From contig CAWETI010000003.1 of assembly GCA_963812015.1 (NCBI GenBank), positions 1,120,001 through 1,184,000 on the forward strand: 64,000 nt of DNA, in the 5' to 3' direction. Numbering within the stretch: the first letter of the stretch is position 1; every line of letters starts with the position of its first letter. The translations under genes were made by a program, and so were the position numbers. A model generated the notes under the pieces. The model was not told where the DNA came from, did no database searches, and worked only from the letters and a program-made list of their open reading frames with translations. Source of the stretch: an uncultured delta proteobacterium. Its GTDB lineage: Bacteria; Desulfobacterota; Desulfobaccia; Desulfobaccales; 0-14-0-80-60-11. This document shows, in pieces, positions 47,560 to 57,626 of the stretch.

Positions 47560-48435
47560 TCAATTCTCCCCCGCTGGCAGACGATTGCCGTGGGTGAGCC
47601 GGTAGAGTTGCTCCCGTCGCAGGTACTTTATCAGCTCCGGATCGGTGAGGCGCTGGATGTCCGGATTGAAGTAACTGATAAAAAAACCCCAGATGAAGGC
47701 TAATCCCCCCACAAGCCAGGGCCGTTCGGCCATGCGATAGATGCCCCGGGCGATGGCAAAGAGGGGGTGGCTGCCGATGGCATAAGCGCACCGACCCCAG
47801 ATAATCCGCCCCTGGAGAGCGCCGAAGCTGGATCCTTGCATCCGGTGATGAATGAACACGATCCGGGTATCGCTGAGGGTGAGCCAGCCATGGCGGCGGG
47901 CGTCGGTTTCATCGATGACGTCCCAGCCGTAGACCGGTTGCAGGCCACCGATGGCGCGGAAGCAGTCCCGGCGGTAAAATTTGGCATTGCCTGGAACGTG
48001 GTAGGAGGTATAGCGTTCGGATACGAGCTTGCCTTGCACCAGCAGCCAAGAAGTACCGCTGGCCATGCCCACCCTGGGATCGTCAAAGTGAGCCATGATG
48101 CCCGCGAAGATTGCAGGGCCAAACTCTATATCGCAATCCAGCTTGGCGATGACGTCGAAGGGTTCATCTCCCAGATAAGCCAGGCCGGCGTTAAAGGCGT
48201 TGACCACCCCGGGGCCCAGTTGCCGGGGGCCGTCCCGCCGGCGCCGGACAAGCCTGATCCAGGGGTGCGCAATGGTGTAGTCCGCGACGATCTCCGCGGT
48301 CCGGTCCCGGCTGCCGTCGTCGACGATGATCCAGAGGTCGGGACGGTAGGTCTGTTTGACGACGGAGTCCAGGGTAAACCGCACAAACTGCTCTTCATCG
48401 CGACAGGGACTGATAATTACCAGGCGGGGCTTCAT
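47560..48435 (-). CDS. Glycosyltransferase family 2
   Basis: ISPCRDEE, VDDGSRDRT, KLDCD. Confidence 0.9.
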   Translation of the reverse strand: MKPRLVIISPCRDEEQFVRFTLDSVVKQTYRPDLWIIVDDGSRDRTAEIVADYTIAHPWIRLVRRRRDGPRQLGPGVVNAFNAGLAYLGDEPFDVIAKLDCDIEFGPAIFAGIMAHFDDPRVGMASGTSWLLVQGKLVSERYTSYHVPGNAKFYRRDCFRAIGGLQPVYGWDVIDETDARRHGWLTLSDTRIVFIHHRMQGSSFGALQGRIIWGRCAYAIGSHPLFAIARGIYRMAERPWLVGGLAFIWGFFISYFNPDIQRLTDPELIKYLRREQLYRLTHGNRLPAGEN

Positions 48436-50333
48436 GACGGCCCCTCCCCCCGGCCGCGCACCCGCCGCCACCAGATGGCAAACACCAGCAAGGCCCAAAG
48501 CTGCCGGCCAAAATCCCGCCGGCCGCGTATATGGGCGTCGGCCATTTCCTGGACCGTGGCCAGGTTGAAGTACCCCGTGGCGGCCAGGGTTTCCATCAGG
48601 CGATGTTCCCGGGCGTAGTCCACCAAATGCTGCTGGAGCCAGAATTCCACGGGAGGATTAAAACCCCGTTTCGGCCGGTTCAGAATCGTCGGGGGCAGCC
48701 AGGGTGCCAGCGCCTCCCGGAGCAGGTATTTGGTGTGCATCCCCTTTACCTTGAGGTCGATGGGGACGGAAAGGGCAAATTCCACCAGGGTGTGGTCCAG
48801 CAAAGGCACCCGGACTTCCAGGGAACAGGCCATGCTCATGCGGTCCACCTTGACCAGCAGGCTATCCGGCAGAAAGACCGAGAGGTCGGCCAGATTGGCC
48901 TGGGCGATGGGGTCGAGCTCCGGATAGGCTGCGGGGATGGCCCAGAAGTGGGAGAGATAAGGGAGGTGGGCAACCTGGCGCTGAAAATCCGATGAAAACA
49001 GGCGCTCTTGCTCCTGGGGGGTGAAAAACGCCACCTTGCGGGTATATCCCTCGAACAGCGGAAAGACCGAGGTTGCGGCGATGCGCTCCAGCCGGTGTTC
49101 CAGGTAACCCAGGCGGGGAGAGCCTCCGGTGGGCAGATGCCGGGTGGCCGCCGCCAGGCCGAGGCGGCACCACAGGGGCAGCACGCTCAACCACCGGTTC
49201 ATTTGCATGCCTTGATAGTGGGTGTAGCCCCCAAAGAGTTCGTCGCCTCCCTCGCCGCTCAAGGCCACGGTGACCTGTCGCCGGGTGGCTTGGGAGAGGA
49301 GATAGGTGGGGATGATGGTGGCGTCGGCCAGGGGTTCGTCCAGGTGCCACAGGAGTTTGGGCAGCAGCTCGGTGGCTTCAGCAAAAATCCGAAAGGTTTC
49401 ATGCCTGGTGCCCAGGTGCCGGCTGACCAGTCGAGCGAAACGGGTCTCGTCATACTTGGGCACCTCGAAACCCACGTTAAAGGTGGGAATTTCCTTGCGG
49501 CCCAAGCGGGCCATGGCGGCGGTGACCGCGCTGGAATCAAGTCCGCCGGAGAGAAAGACCCCCAGGGGCACATCCGCCACCAGTTGGAGGCGCACCGCTT
49601 CTTGGAGGCGCTGGCGCAGTTCCTGGCACCAATCCTCCAGAGTGCGCTGGGGGCCTAACGTTACCGCCGGGCGCCAGTAGGTCCGGGTCTTGATCTCACC
49701 GTCGGCCACGGTGAGCACCTCGCCAGGCGCAAGCTTTTGGATATTTTGATAAATGGTGCCCGAACCCGGGATGAAATGGTGGGAGAAGTATTCAAACACG
49801 CCCTGATCGCTCACCCTTGGATCAAAACCGGGGAGCAGAAGGAGGCTCTTGATTTCCGAGGCAAAGGCCAGGGTGTCGGCCATCCGGGTGTAGAAGAGGG
49901 GTTTGATCCCCAGGCGGTCCCGGGCCAGGAGGAGCTTGCGCCGGCGACTGTCCCAGATGGCAAAGGCGAACATGCCGTTTAAGTGGTGCACCACGTCATC
50001 GCCCCAGGCTTCGAACCCGTGGACGATGACCTCGGTGTCGGAGGAGGTGCGAAAGGTATGGCCCTGTTGCCGGAGATCAGCCCGGAGCTTCAAGAAGTTA
50101 TAGATCTCGCCGTTGAAGACCACCGTCACCGTCTGGTCTTCGTTGGACATGGGCTGGCGCCCGCCGGTCAGATCGATGATGCTCAGGCGCCGGAATCCTA
50201 ATCCCAGGCCGTTTTCCTCAAAGAAGCCCTCATCATCGGGCCCGCGGTGGCGCAATACCGCGGTCATGCGCCGCAACAACCCCGGATCGACGGGGGCTTT
50301 ATTTAATTGCAAAATGCCGCAAATGCCGCACAT
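48432..50333 (-). CDS. asnB: Asparagine synthase (glutamine-hydrolysing)-like amidotransferase, EPS-associated
   Basis: MCGICG, HRGPD, RRLSIIDL, NGEIYN, LSGGLDSS, SGEGGDE, DRMSMA.SLEVRVP. Confidence 0.92.
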   Translation of the reverse strand: MCGICGILQLNKAPVDPGLLRRMTAVLRHRGPDDEGFFEENGLGLGFRRLSIIDLTGGRQPMSNEDQTVTVVFNGEIYNFLKLRADLRQQGHTFRTSSDTEVIVHGFEAWGDDVVHHLNGMFAFAIWDSRRRKLLLARDRLGIKPLFYTRMADTLAFASEIKSLLLLPGFDPRVSDQGVFEYFSHHFIPGSGTIYQNIQKLAPGEVLTVADGEIKTRTYWRPAVTLGPQRTLEDWCQELRQRLQEAVRLQLVADVPLGVFLSGGLDSSAVTAAMARLGRKEIPTFNVGFEVPKYDETRFARLVSRHLGTRHETFRIFAEATELLPKLLWHLDEPLADATIIPTYLLSQATRRQVTVALSGEGGDELFGGYTHYQGMQMNRWLSVLPLWCRLGLAAATRHLPTGGSPRLGYLEHRLERIAATSVFPLFEGYTRKVAFFTPQEQERLFSSDFQRQVAHLPYLSHFWAIPAAYPELDPIAQANLADLSVFLPDSLLVKVDRMSMACSLEVRVPLLDHTLVEFALSVPIDLKVKGMHTKYLLREALAPWLPPTILNRPKRGFNPPVEFWLQQHLVDYAREHRLMETLAATGYFNLATVQEMADAHIRGRRDFGRQLWALLVFAIWWRRVRGRGEGPS

Positions 50334-51576
50334 AATTTTTTTTCTGATGGGCCTCGATGGCGGCCTCAAACAGGCCGCGCAGTTGTCGGGCGCTGGTCTC
50401 GCCGTTGAATTGGGCCACCACCCGGTCGCGTCCGGCCCGGGCCAGGCGCCGGGCCATATTCTGATCCCGGAGCACTCGCGCCAGGGCCTCGGCCAGGGCG
50501 GGGGCATCGTCCGGGGCTATCAGCAAACCCGTCTCGCCATCCACCACCAGCTCAGGGATTCCAGAAACCCGGGTGGCCACCACCGGGATTTCCATGGCCA
50601 TGGCTTCGGTCAACACATTGGGAAGACCGTCGGCATCCTGGTTGCGGACACAGGAAGGCATGGCCAGCACGTCGGCCCGCCGGAAATAAGGCATCAAGGC
50701 CGCCGGTTGGAGTTTCCCCTTGAGTATTACTCGGTCAGAAACCCCCAAAGCATTAACCAGATGCCTGAGGCGGCCGGCTTCGGGACCATCCCCGATGATG
50801 AGACATCGGCAAGCCAGGCCCTGGTCGCGCAGCCGGGCACAGGCTTCCACCAGGACGTGAAACCCCTTGGTTTCCACCAGGCGGCCCACTGCGATAATGC
50901 AGGGGGGTATCCCCTGGGGATGGGGATGGGGGCAAAATCTGGCGGTATCCAGACCGCTCCTGACCACCTCCAGATGCTCCAGGTGGGCTTTGGGATAATG
51001 TTCTTCGAGGTAACGGCGGTTGTATCGGCTTTCGCAGGCGACAAACGCCGCCGCGGCCAGCTTGGCCGGCAGCAACAGCTTGTCGATGAAGATGTCATAA
51101 GCGTGGGCGGTGAAACTGAAGGAGATGCCGGCGAGGGCGGCGGCCATCAGCGCCACGCTGGCCGGGGCGTTGGCAAAATGGGCGTGGAGATGTTGGATGC
51201 CGGCCCGGCGCAGGCGCCAGGCGGCAAAGGGGGCCACCATAAAGTAAGACAGACAGCGGCCGCGAGCCCGCCAAGGCTCGTCGGCGGCGAGGACGTAAGC
51301 GCCGAGGCAGTGAAAGTAGCGCCCGGGAAACCGCAGGGCGAACCACAGGTGGGTCAGCCAGAATAGGGGATTTTTGGGTTGAATGAGGACTTCCACTTCC
51401 CGGGCCAGATCAGGAGCCTCCGGATGGCATACCCCGGCCTCCGGAGGATGGAGGCTGAAGACTTTAACATCGAGTCCCAGTTGACGTAGCGCCACGATCT
51501 CCCGCACCACGAAGGTCTCGGAAATCACCGGGAGAATCCGGCCGAGATACGCCAGGCGATAGGGGCTGCGCCTCAT
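50299..51576 (-). CDS. Glycosyltransferase family 4 (WcaL-like)
   Basis: SETFVVREI, HLHAHFA, FTAHAYDIF, VGRLVETKG, DGLPNVLTEAMA. Confidence 0.9.
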   Translation of the reverse strand: MRRSPYRLAYLGRILPVISETFVVREIVALRQLGLDVKVFSLHPPEAGVCHPEAPDLAREVEVLIQPKNPLFWLTHLWFALRFPGRYFHCLGAYVLAADEPWRARGRCLSYFMVAPFAAWRLRRAGIQHLHAHFANAPASVALMAAALAGISFSFTAHAYDIFIDKLLLPAKLAAAAFVACESRYNRRYLEEHYPKAHLEHLEVVRSGLDTARFCPHPHPQGIPPCIIAVGRLVETKGFHVLVEACARLRDQGLACRCLIIGDGPEAGRLRHLVNALGVSDRVILKGKLQPAALMPYFRRADVLAMPSCVRNQDADGLPNVLTEAMAMEIPVVATRVSGIPELVVDGETGLLIAPDDAPALAEALARVLRDQNMARRLARAGRDRVVAQFNGETSARQLRGLFEAAIEAHQKKNYVRHLRHFAIK

Positions 51577-51953
51577 GAGCCGGGCCGCCGGTGGCAGGGC
51601 GCCGGGCCGAGCCCCGTGGCTGAGGCGGCGCGCTGGTGGTCGCAGGCCCGGGCCGGCTTCAAGGGATCTTGCCGCACCATGTTCATGGCTCATTAATCGG
51701 CTCGCCGGGGCAAAAAATTAAAATTTTTCTTAGGGAAATTCCGGTTGGATTTATTTATTTTTGGCAAAATCCCGATGCCAAAGAGAGGGGGGGTGGGGCG
51801 GCCCCCCATGAGGCCGGCATCGCCTGAAGGAGCTCATGATGGTCAAGGCAATTATCGATAAGCTCATTATTAGTTTTGGCTTTGCCGCACCGGTCAGCGT
51901 AAAATATTGTTGATGGGTGCAGCTCAAGAAAGTGGGAGAGGAACGGCGCGGTC

Positions 51954-52421
51954 ATGGTTAACCGCCAGCGGGTCCGGCCCCTGAATCAGGCTCGCCCCGG
52001 CCCGGGGCCGGTGGTTTACTGGATGAGCCGGGACCAGCGGGTCCGGGCCGTGGTGAGCGATTTTTCGCCCCTGCGCCTGATGCGGGGCTGGAAGACCGCG
52101 GTGGCGGAGAAGATTGGAGTTGCCCTGGAGGAAGTGGACGCCCACAACCTGGTGCCATGCTGGGCGGCCTCCCCCAAGGCGGAATACGGCGCCTACACCT
52201 TGAGGCCCAAGCTGAAGCGGCTACTGCCGGAGTTTCTGGAGGATTTTCCGCCGCTCTCGCCTCACCCGGTGGTCTCGCAGCAGGAGAGACCGGAAATTGC
52301 CTGGGAGAAACTCCCCGCCACCCTGGATATAGATGCCACCGTGCCGGAAGTGACCTGGCTCGCGCCGGGAGAGCGCCAGGCCCGGGCCCACCTGCGTCCT
52401 TCTCCAGATCAGAGTGGATAA
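51954..52421 (+). pseudogene. phrB: Class II DNA photolyase remnant (internal deletion and C-terminal truncation)
   Basis: VVYWMSRDQRV joined directly to AVVSDFSPLR, then VDAHNLVP, EYGAYTLRPKL, PGE..A; FAD-binding domain missing. Confidence 0.75.
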
Positions 52422-52734
52422 GTACATCGTGGTGACCCGGTTCCAAGAGGTCAGGGAGCTCCAGATACCTTGATGAACCCGGTTCGGTCGCCCCGAGGTC
52501 GCCTGGCTCCGATGTCCTGCCCCGGAGGCGCCCCGGTCTGCTTGACAACGGCAATCATTGGTCTATGATTAACCACCGCTTTTTGCCGGCATGGGGGGTT
52601 AAAAAGGGAGAAATCCCGGATTGGCGGTGGCGTAGTTGGCCCCCTTACAGGTATGGCGCGGTCGTTTTTCTGGCTGAAGCCTGGCCCCGGTTACGGGAAG
52701 CCGGGGAAAAAAGGCTGAGATTAAGAAGGAGGAC

Positions 52735-53166
52735 ATGATGGCGAACTGGAGCAAGGCCAGGTCTTACGCGGCAATCTGGGTAATTTTTTTCACCATGATG
52801 ATTTATGGTTGTGGCGGGGCCTATCCCGGGGGCGGGGGGCAGACCACCGACTCAGTCGTAATCGACGAATACATGCTGACCACGGCCGGTTTCCAGAAGT
52901 TTAAGCCGAACATGGAAACCCCCAGGACCCAGTCGCTCTTGGACGCCCTGCCCAGCGGGCAGATTACCACCTTCAGGGCCAATGGCACAGCCTATCACGC
53001 CTATCCGGATAAGTTTTCCAACATCCTCTATGTGGGGGACCAGGCCGCCTACGAAAAGTACGTCTCCCTGGCCCAGGGGAAAAAGGTTTGCCAGCGGGTG
53101 GACGCGCCGGACTCGTCGGGATTCTGGGGTTGTTTTCAGGAGATGCAGCAGAAGGCCACAAAGTAG
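52735..53166 (+). CDS. Hypothetical lipoprotein
   Basis: AAGGAGG RBS, hydrophobic leader ending YGC. Confidence 0.7.
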   Translation: MMANWSKARSYAAIWVIFFTMMIYGCGGAYPGGGGQTTDSVVIDEYMLTTAGFQKFKPNMETPRTQSLLDALPSGQITTFRANGTAYHAYPDKFSNILYVGDQAAYEKYVSLAQGKKVCQRVDAPDSSGFWGCFQEMQQKATK

Positions 53167-53182
53167 GCCGCGGTGAAGCCGG

Positions 53183-55237
53183 CTAAAGCTTGCAGATGCC
53201 GTGGATGGAATCGCAAGTCTGAGCATAGAGCCGTTCGATCCAGTCTTCCTGCCGCAGGTAAGGCGTAGGGGCCGCCCCCGCGGCCGTCCGCTTCCGGGCC
53301 AGCCGGCGCAGGATGCGATGGGCCGTGGCAATATAGGTGGCATGGCTCCAGGTCAGGGGAGACACGGAGATTGACTCCCCGGTCAGGGGATTGATCTGCT
53401 CCGGCAGCACCCCTGAAGGCAAGGCGTGGGCGGCCACCCAGGCCAGGAGGTCCATGGCCTGATCCAATTCGCCATCGTCGCCGTTCTTCTCCACCAGGTA
53501 ATCCGCCAGCCACAGGGTGCAGATGAACCAGGGGTTGCCCGGGACTTCCCGGCTGACCCGGTGATAGTCGTCGTTTTCATAACGGGCCAGGCCGCCGATG
53601 GGGGTGTTGACCCATAATTTCTCCCGCAGGGCCGTCATGGTGGCGACCAGACGGGGGTCATCGGCATGGTAGAGGCCGAAGGCAAACAGGCCCCAGAGGC
53701 TGGCGTCGCAGGCGCCGTCCACTTCCCACGGCCCCCCGTGATTGCGGTGGATCATGCGGCAGAACCGGTCGAGCTCCGGGCGCCAGAGATGGGCGGAGGC
53801 GGCATCCCGAATCTCCGCGGCGACTTTTTGATAATAGGCCGCTCGTTCGTCCTCGCCGAAAACCTTGCAGAACAGGGAAGCCGCGGTTAGCCCGCCGAAC
53901 ACCGCGCCCACCGTAAAGCTCAAGATCCCCCGACGTTCTTCCCAGAGATCATAAGAAGGGGCCGGCAGACCGGTCTCGGCATCCCGGTACTGACACATGA
54001 AATCCGCGGTCTTCTTTACCAGGGGCCGGTACAGGGGCTTGATGAAGTCCAGGTCGCGGTATAAGACGAAGTGCTGCCACAAGGCCCAGACCACCAGGGC
54101 GGTGGAGTCCTCCTGGATGGGCAGTTGGGCCTGGCCCTCGTGGTACCAGGGATGCCAGGAGGAGGCCAGGGTGCCGTCGGGATTGAACTTGTGCAGCAGA
54201 CAGCCCTCCGGCTGGAGGAGCCCGGAAATGAACCGGAAGAAATTCCGGGCGGCGGTGGGATGGCCGGCCTGGTCCAGGGCGTAGGCCGCCAGGGCGCCGT
54301 CCCGGGGCCAGACGTAGGAGTAGGTGTCCCGGTTGAAATAGACCACGTCGGAATCGTTGGCCGCCAGAATGCCGCCTTGCCAATCGATCTGGGTCCGCAT
54401 AATGAGGAGGCTGCGGCGGTACAGGGCCGCCACCGCCTCCGGCAGGTGCTCCAGCCCCGGGGATTCCTTTTGGATCCAGAGGCGCCAGTAATCGGCGGTG
54501 CGTTTGAGGTGGCCTTTGGGATGCTTGTGCTTGACCAGGCCATCCAGGCGCAAAACGTCTTCCCAACTCTGGCCGGCGGCCAGCCAATAGTAAGCCTGCC
54601 CCGATTCAAAGGGGGGCAGGGTGAGGGTCAGGCCGATGACCGAATCCACCGATCCCTGGGCGATGGGGTTGCCGGAAAGGAGACCGTCCTCCGCGTCCTT
54701 GAAGGTGCCTTCCCAGCCCTCGTAGCCCTTTTGACCCACGGCAAACTGGCTCAGCCCGCCCCCGTCCACGGTGAAACCGCCGGCCAGGAAATAGCGGGCC
54801 CCTTTATAGTGGACCACGGCGCCGGTCTTGGGGTCGTAGCCGGCGGTATCCCCCAGTTCGTTGCCGGAGATAGCCAGGTCAAGGGTGAAGAACAGGCGAA
54901 TTTCCCGGGGCTGAGGGGAGACGTTGGTTACCACGACTTCCCGGAGATAGAGGTCTTCGTGAAAATCCACCGCGTCGTGGCACGCCAGGGCCAGCCCCAG
55001 GCCAGGATGGGTGAGCTTGACGTCGGTCACCAGAGTGTCCGGCAGATAGCCCAACTCAATCTCCCAATCCGGTCCCACCCAGGCGAACCGGCCGTCCACC
55101 CACACCCCCATGCGGCAGAACTTGCCCCCCACGTGATTTTCGAGACCCACATGGGGAAAATAAAGCTCCCGGATGGCGTAGTGCCGGTCAAAACAGATGA
55201 GCAGCTTGCCGTTGCCCAGGGGGATGTCTCGCGGCAT
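53183..55237 (-). CDS. Glycoside hydrolase family 15 (glucoamylase/trehalase-like)
   Basis: YSYVWPRDG, QEDST, YDLWEER, ARYENDDY, NPWFICT, LPEQ, SPLTWSHA. Confidence 0.9.
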   Translation of the reverse strand: MPRDIPLGNGKLLICFDRHYAIRELYFPHVGLENHVGGKFCRMGVWVDGRFAWVGPDWEIELGYLPDTLVTDVKLTHPGLGLALACHDAVDFHEDLYLREVVVTNVSPQPREIRLFFTLDLAISGNELGDTAGYDPKTGAVVHYKGARYFLAGGFTVDGGGLSQFAVGQKGYEGWEGTFKDAEDGLLSGNPIAQGSVDSVIGLTLTLPPFESGQAYYWLAAGQSWEDVLRLDGLVKHKHPKGHLKRTADYWRLWIQKESPGLEHLPEAVAALYRRSLLIMRTQIDWQGGILAANDSDVVYFNRDTYSYVWPRDGALAAYALDQAGHPTAARNFFRFISGLLQPEGCLLHKFNPDGTLASSWHPWYHEGQAQLPIQEDSTALVVWALWQHFVLYRDLDFIKPLYRPLVKKTADFMCQYRDAETGLPAPSYDLWEERRGILSFTVGAVFGGLTAASLFCKVFGEDERAAYYQKVAAEIRDAASAHLWRPELDRFCRMIHRNHGGPWEVDGACDASLWGLFAFGLYHADDPRLVATMTALREKLWVNTPIGGLARYENDDYHRVSREVPGNPWFICTLWLADYLVEKNGDDGELDQAMDLLAWVAAHALPSGVLPEQINPLTGESISVSPLTWSHATYIATAHRILRRLARKRTAAGAAPTPYLRQEDWIERLYAQTCDSIHGICKL

Positions 55238-55558
55238 GGGTCCTTTCCTTGGCAGCATCCTGCCATACCTGAATAAATTACCGCCTCATGGCGTTAGGGC
55301 ACCATTTTATCGGAAATAGCTGCATTAGTCTGCTATTTTCAAACGGCAAAGGCCAATGTTCCATGCCCGCTGGGGGATCACCACGAAGGCCTGACCATGT
55401 GGGACAGCCGCCCTCGGCTGTCCATGGGCGTGATGAGAAAAGCGGCGGGTTTTTCCCTGCCGCCGGGAATCAGGCAAAGGTGGCAATCGGGGTTATGAGG
55501 CATTATTGTTGAGGTATAAGTACGCTAAGCATGGAGGGAATGAGGGCAGGAGGGGCGT

Positions 55559-56401
55559 ATGGACTTCCACGAACCGAGAATCCTGGGGCGCACCGGTCTG
55601 AAGGTGGGCCGGCTCGGGGTGGCCGGCGGCTACGGGGCCCCGGCCGCGGCCTTTGAAGAGGCCTTTGAGCGGGGCTGCAACTATTTTTACTGGGGGTCGC
55701 TGCGCCGGGCCGGGATGGCCCAGGCCATTAAAAATCTCTGCGGCCGGGGGAAGCGGGAGGAGCTGGTCATCGTCATCCAGAGCTACGCCCGCTCGCCCGC
55801 GCTGATGGAAATTTTTGGTGAGTGGGCCTTAAAGGGCCTGGATATTGAAGCCGCCGACGTCCTGCTCCTGGGCTGGCACAACCGGCGGCCCCCGGCGCGC
55901 CTCCTGGACCGAGCCCTGGCCCTGAAGGAGCAGGGGAGATTCCGGTTTCTGGGCCTGTCGGGCCACAACCGGAAGCTGTTCCCGGAGCTGGCCCAAGAAG
56001 GCATCTTTGACGTTTTTCATGTGCGCTACAACGCCGCCCATCGGGGCGCGGAGACGGAGACCTTCCCCGCCTTACAGGATTTGCCTCCCGAGGTGCGACC
56101 CGGGCTGGTGACTTATACCGCTACCCGGTGGGGGCAACTGCTGAAGGACAAGCGCATGCCTCCCGGGGAGCCGGCGCCCTCCGCGGCGGATTGCTACCGC
56201 TTCGTCCTGTCCCACCCGGCGGTGGACGTGTGTATGACCGGACCGAAGAACCTGGCCCAGATGCAGGAGGCCCTCCGGGCCCTGGACCTGGGCCCCCTGC
56301 ATGAGACGGAGTTGGCCCGCCTGAGACGGGTGGGGGATCACCTGAGAGGCTATGGTCGTGTCCCGGGAGTTTCTTGCAAATTCCGGCTCCCATTCCCCTA
56401 A
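55559..56401 (+). CDS. Aldo/keto reductase family protein
   Basis: LGRTGLKVGRLG, GLSGHN, RYNAAH, RFVLSHPAV. Confidence 0.8.
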   Translation: MDFHEPRILGRTGLKVGRLGVAGGYGAPAAAFEEAFERGCNYFYWGSLRRAGMAQAIKNLCGRGKREELVIVIQSYARSPALMEIFGEWALKGLDIEAADVLLLGWHNRRPPARLLDRALALKEQGRFRFLGLSGHNRKLFPELAQEGIFDVFHVRYNAAHRGAETETFPALQDLPPEVRPGLVTYTATRWGQLLKDKRMPPGEPAPSAADCYRFVLSHPAVDVCMTGPKNLAQMQEALRALDLGPLHETELARLRRVGDHLRGYGRVPGVSCKFRLPFP

Positions 56402-56407
56402 ACCGTT

Positions 56408-56435
56408 ATAGGGGCGGTTAGCGAACCGCTCCTAC
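56408..56435. repeat. REP-like palindrome
   Basis: taggggcggtt-agcg-aaccgctccta hairpin just after the stop codon. Confidence 0.5.
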
Positions 56436-56552
56436 CGAAAACATCCCCAAGAAGTAGGAATATTTTTGGACGATATACCTGGGACGCAACATTAACGACC
56501 GGGGCCAATCCCCCGACTTGCCATTCGCGGCCAGTTTGGTTAGGATGAGGCC

Positions 56553-56810
56553 ATGAGCACCGCGTTCAGCTTTTTTCTGAGGCTGTTCCTCTGCTTCGTG
56601 GCGGCCAGATTTCTCCTTCAGGCCATCGGGGTGGAGGGGCGAAGTTACCTGGTTAGCTTGACCATCCTCTTTTTAGTCAATGTTTACTGGTTCAGTTACC
56701 TGGTGTTCCGGGACCGGAGCGCGCCCCCGGCCGCAACCGCCCCCGGCCCTGCTGACCCCGGGTCCGAGACGGGGGAGCCTCCTGGGAATAAGGCGCAGCC
56801 CGGGGCCTGA
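56553..56810 (+). CDS. Small hypothetical membrane protein
   Basis: Two TM helices; RBS-like GGATGAGG. Confidence 0.55.
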   Translation: MSTAFSFFLRLFLCFVAARFLLQAIGVEGRSYLVSLTILFLVNVYWFSYLVFRDRSAPPAATAPGPADPGSETGEPPGNKAQPGA

Positions 56811-56998
56811 GCCGCCCCAGCACCTGTCTGAATGCCGGTTCGTTGAGGCGGATCAGCCCCACCCGGCAGGAGAGAGGAGCGGCGCGGTTCCCGGAGAAAT
56901 TTCCTGCCGGGACGCCACCCCGAAAAAATAAAGCCGACAAAGAAATCATGCTATCCCGAAAGGTTAGGTGCAGAGGCGCATTGGCGGTGATTTTTTCC

Positions 56999-57028
56999 TT
57001 GACACCGATTTTGTGAATGTTTTAACAT
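56999..57028 (+). promoter_or_regulatory. sigma70 promoter of dsrTMKJOP overlapped by a Rex-like operator (57011-57028)
   Basis: TTGACA (56999) ... TAACAT (57023); TTGTGAATGTTTTAACAT vs Rex consensus TTGTGAAN4TTCACAA. Confidence 0.55.
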
Positions 57029-57072
57029 TCAAATGCTCTCATCCGTTTTTTTTGGTGAAACGAAATCCTTCG

Positions 57073-57582
57073 ATGCAATTAACCACGCACTTATCTCAGA
57101 ACAAATCCGCCATCCTGGGTCGCTGGCTCAACATGCTTTATGGGAGCTATCCGCCTGAGACGGCTATTTTTTTGCGCCGGGAAAAGGACCGCTTCGACAA
57201 TCCCATGGGCTACCGGATCTCCGAGGGGCTGGAAGGGTTGTATGAGGCCCTCCTCCAAGAGACGGAACGGGACCAGGTCCTGAATTCCCTCGATGAAATC
57301 ATCCGCATCCGAGCGCTCCAGGATTATGCCCCCTCCAAGGCTCTGGCCTTCGTCTTTTTATTGAAGAACGCCATTCGCGAGGAGGTGGGCGAGGAAATCC
57401 GGAAAGAAGACCTGGCCGGGGAACTCCTGGACCTGGAGGCCAGGATCGACGGCCTGGCTTTGCTGGCCTTCGACGTCTACACCAAGCGCCGGGAGAAGCT
57501 CCAGGATCTCCGGGTCGACGAGATGAAGCGCCGAATCAGCGGAGTTATGCGCAAGGCAGGCATCGGTGGCGACAGCCTGTAG
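57073..57582 (+). CDS. dsrT: DsrT (RsbRD N-terminal domain protein)
   Basis: YP.ET..FL..KDRFDNPMG, IRIRALQD..PSKAL.F, AFDVY..RE; immediately upstream of dsrM. Confidence 0.85.
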   Translation: MQLTTHLSQNKSAILGRWLNMLYGSYPPETAIFLRREKDRFDNPMGYRISEGLEGLYEALLQETERDQVLNSLDEIIRIRALQDYAPSKALAFVFLLKNAIREEVGEEIRKEDLAGELLDLEARIDGLALLAFDVYTKRREKLQDLRVDEMKRRISGVMRKAGIGGDSL

Positions 57583-57626
57583 CAGGTATTGGCAGCAAAC
57601 GGTTAACTGAAACGAGGTGACAGTAC

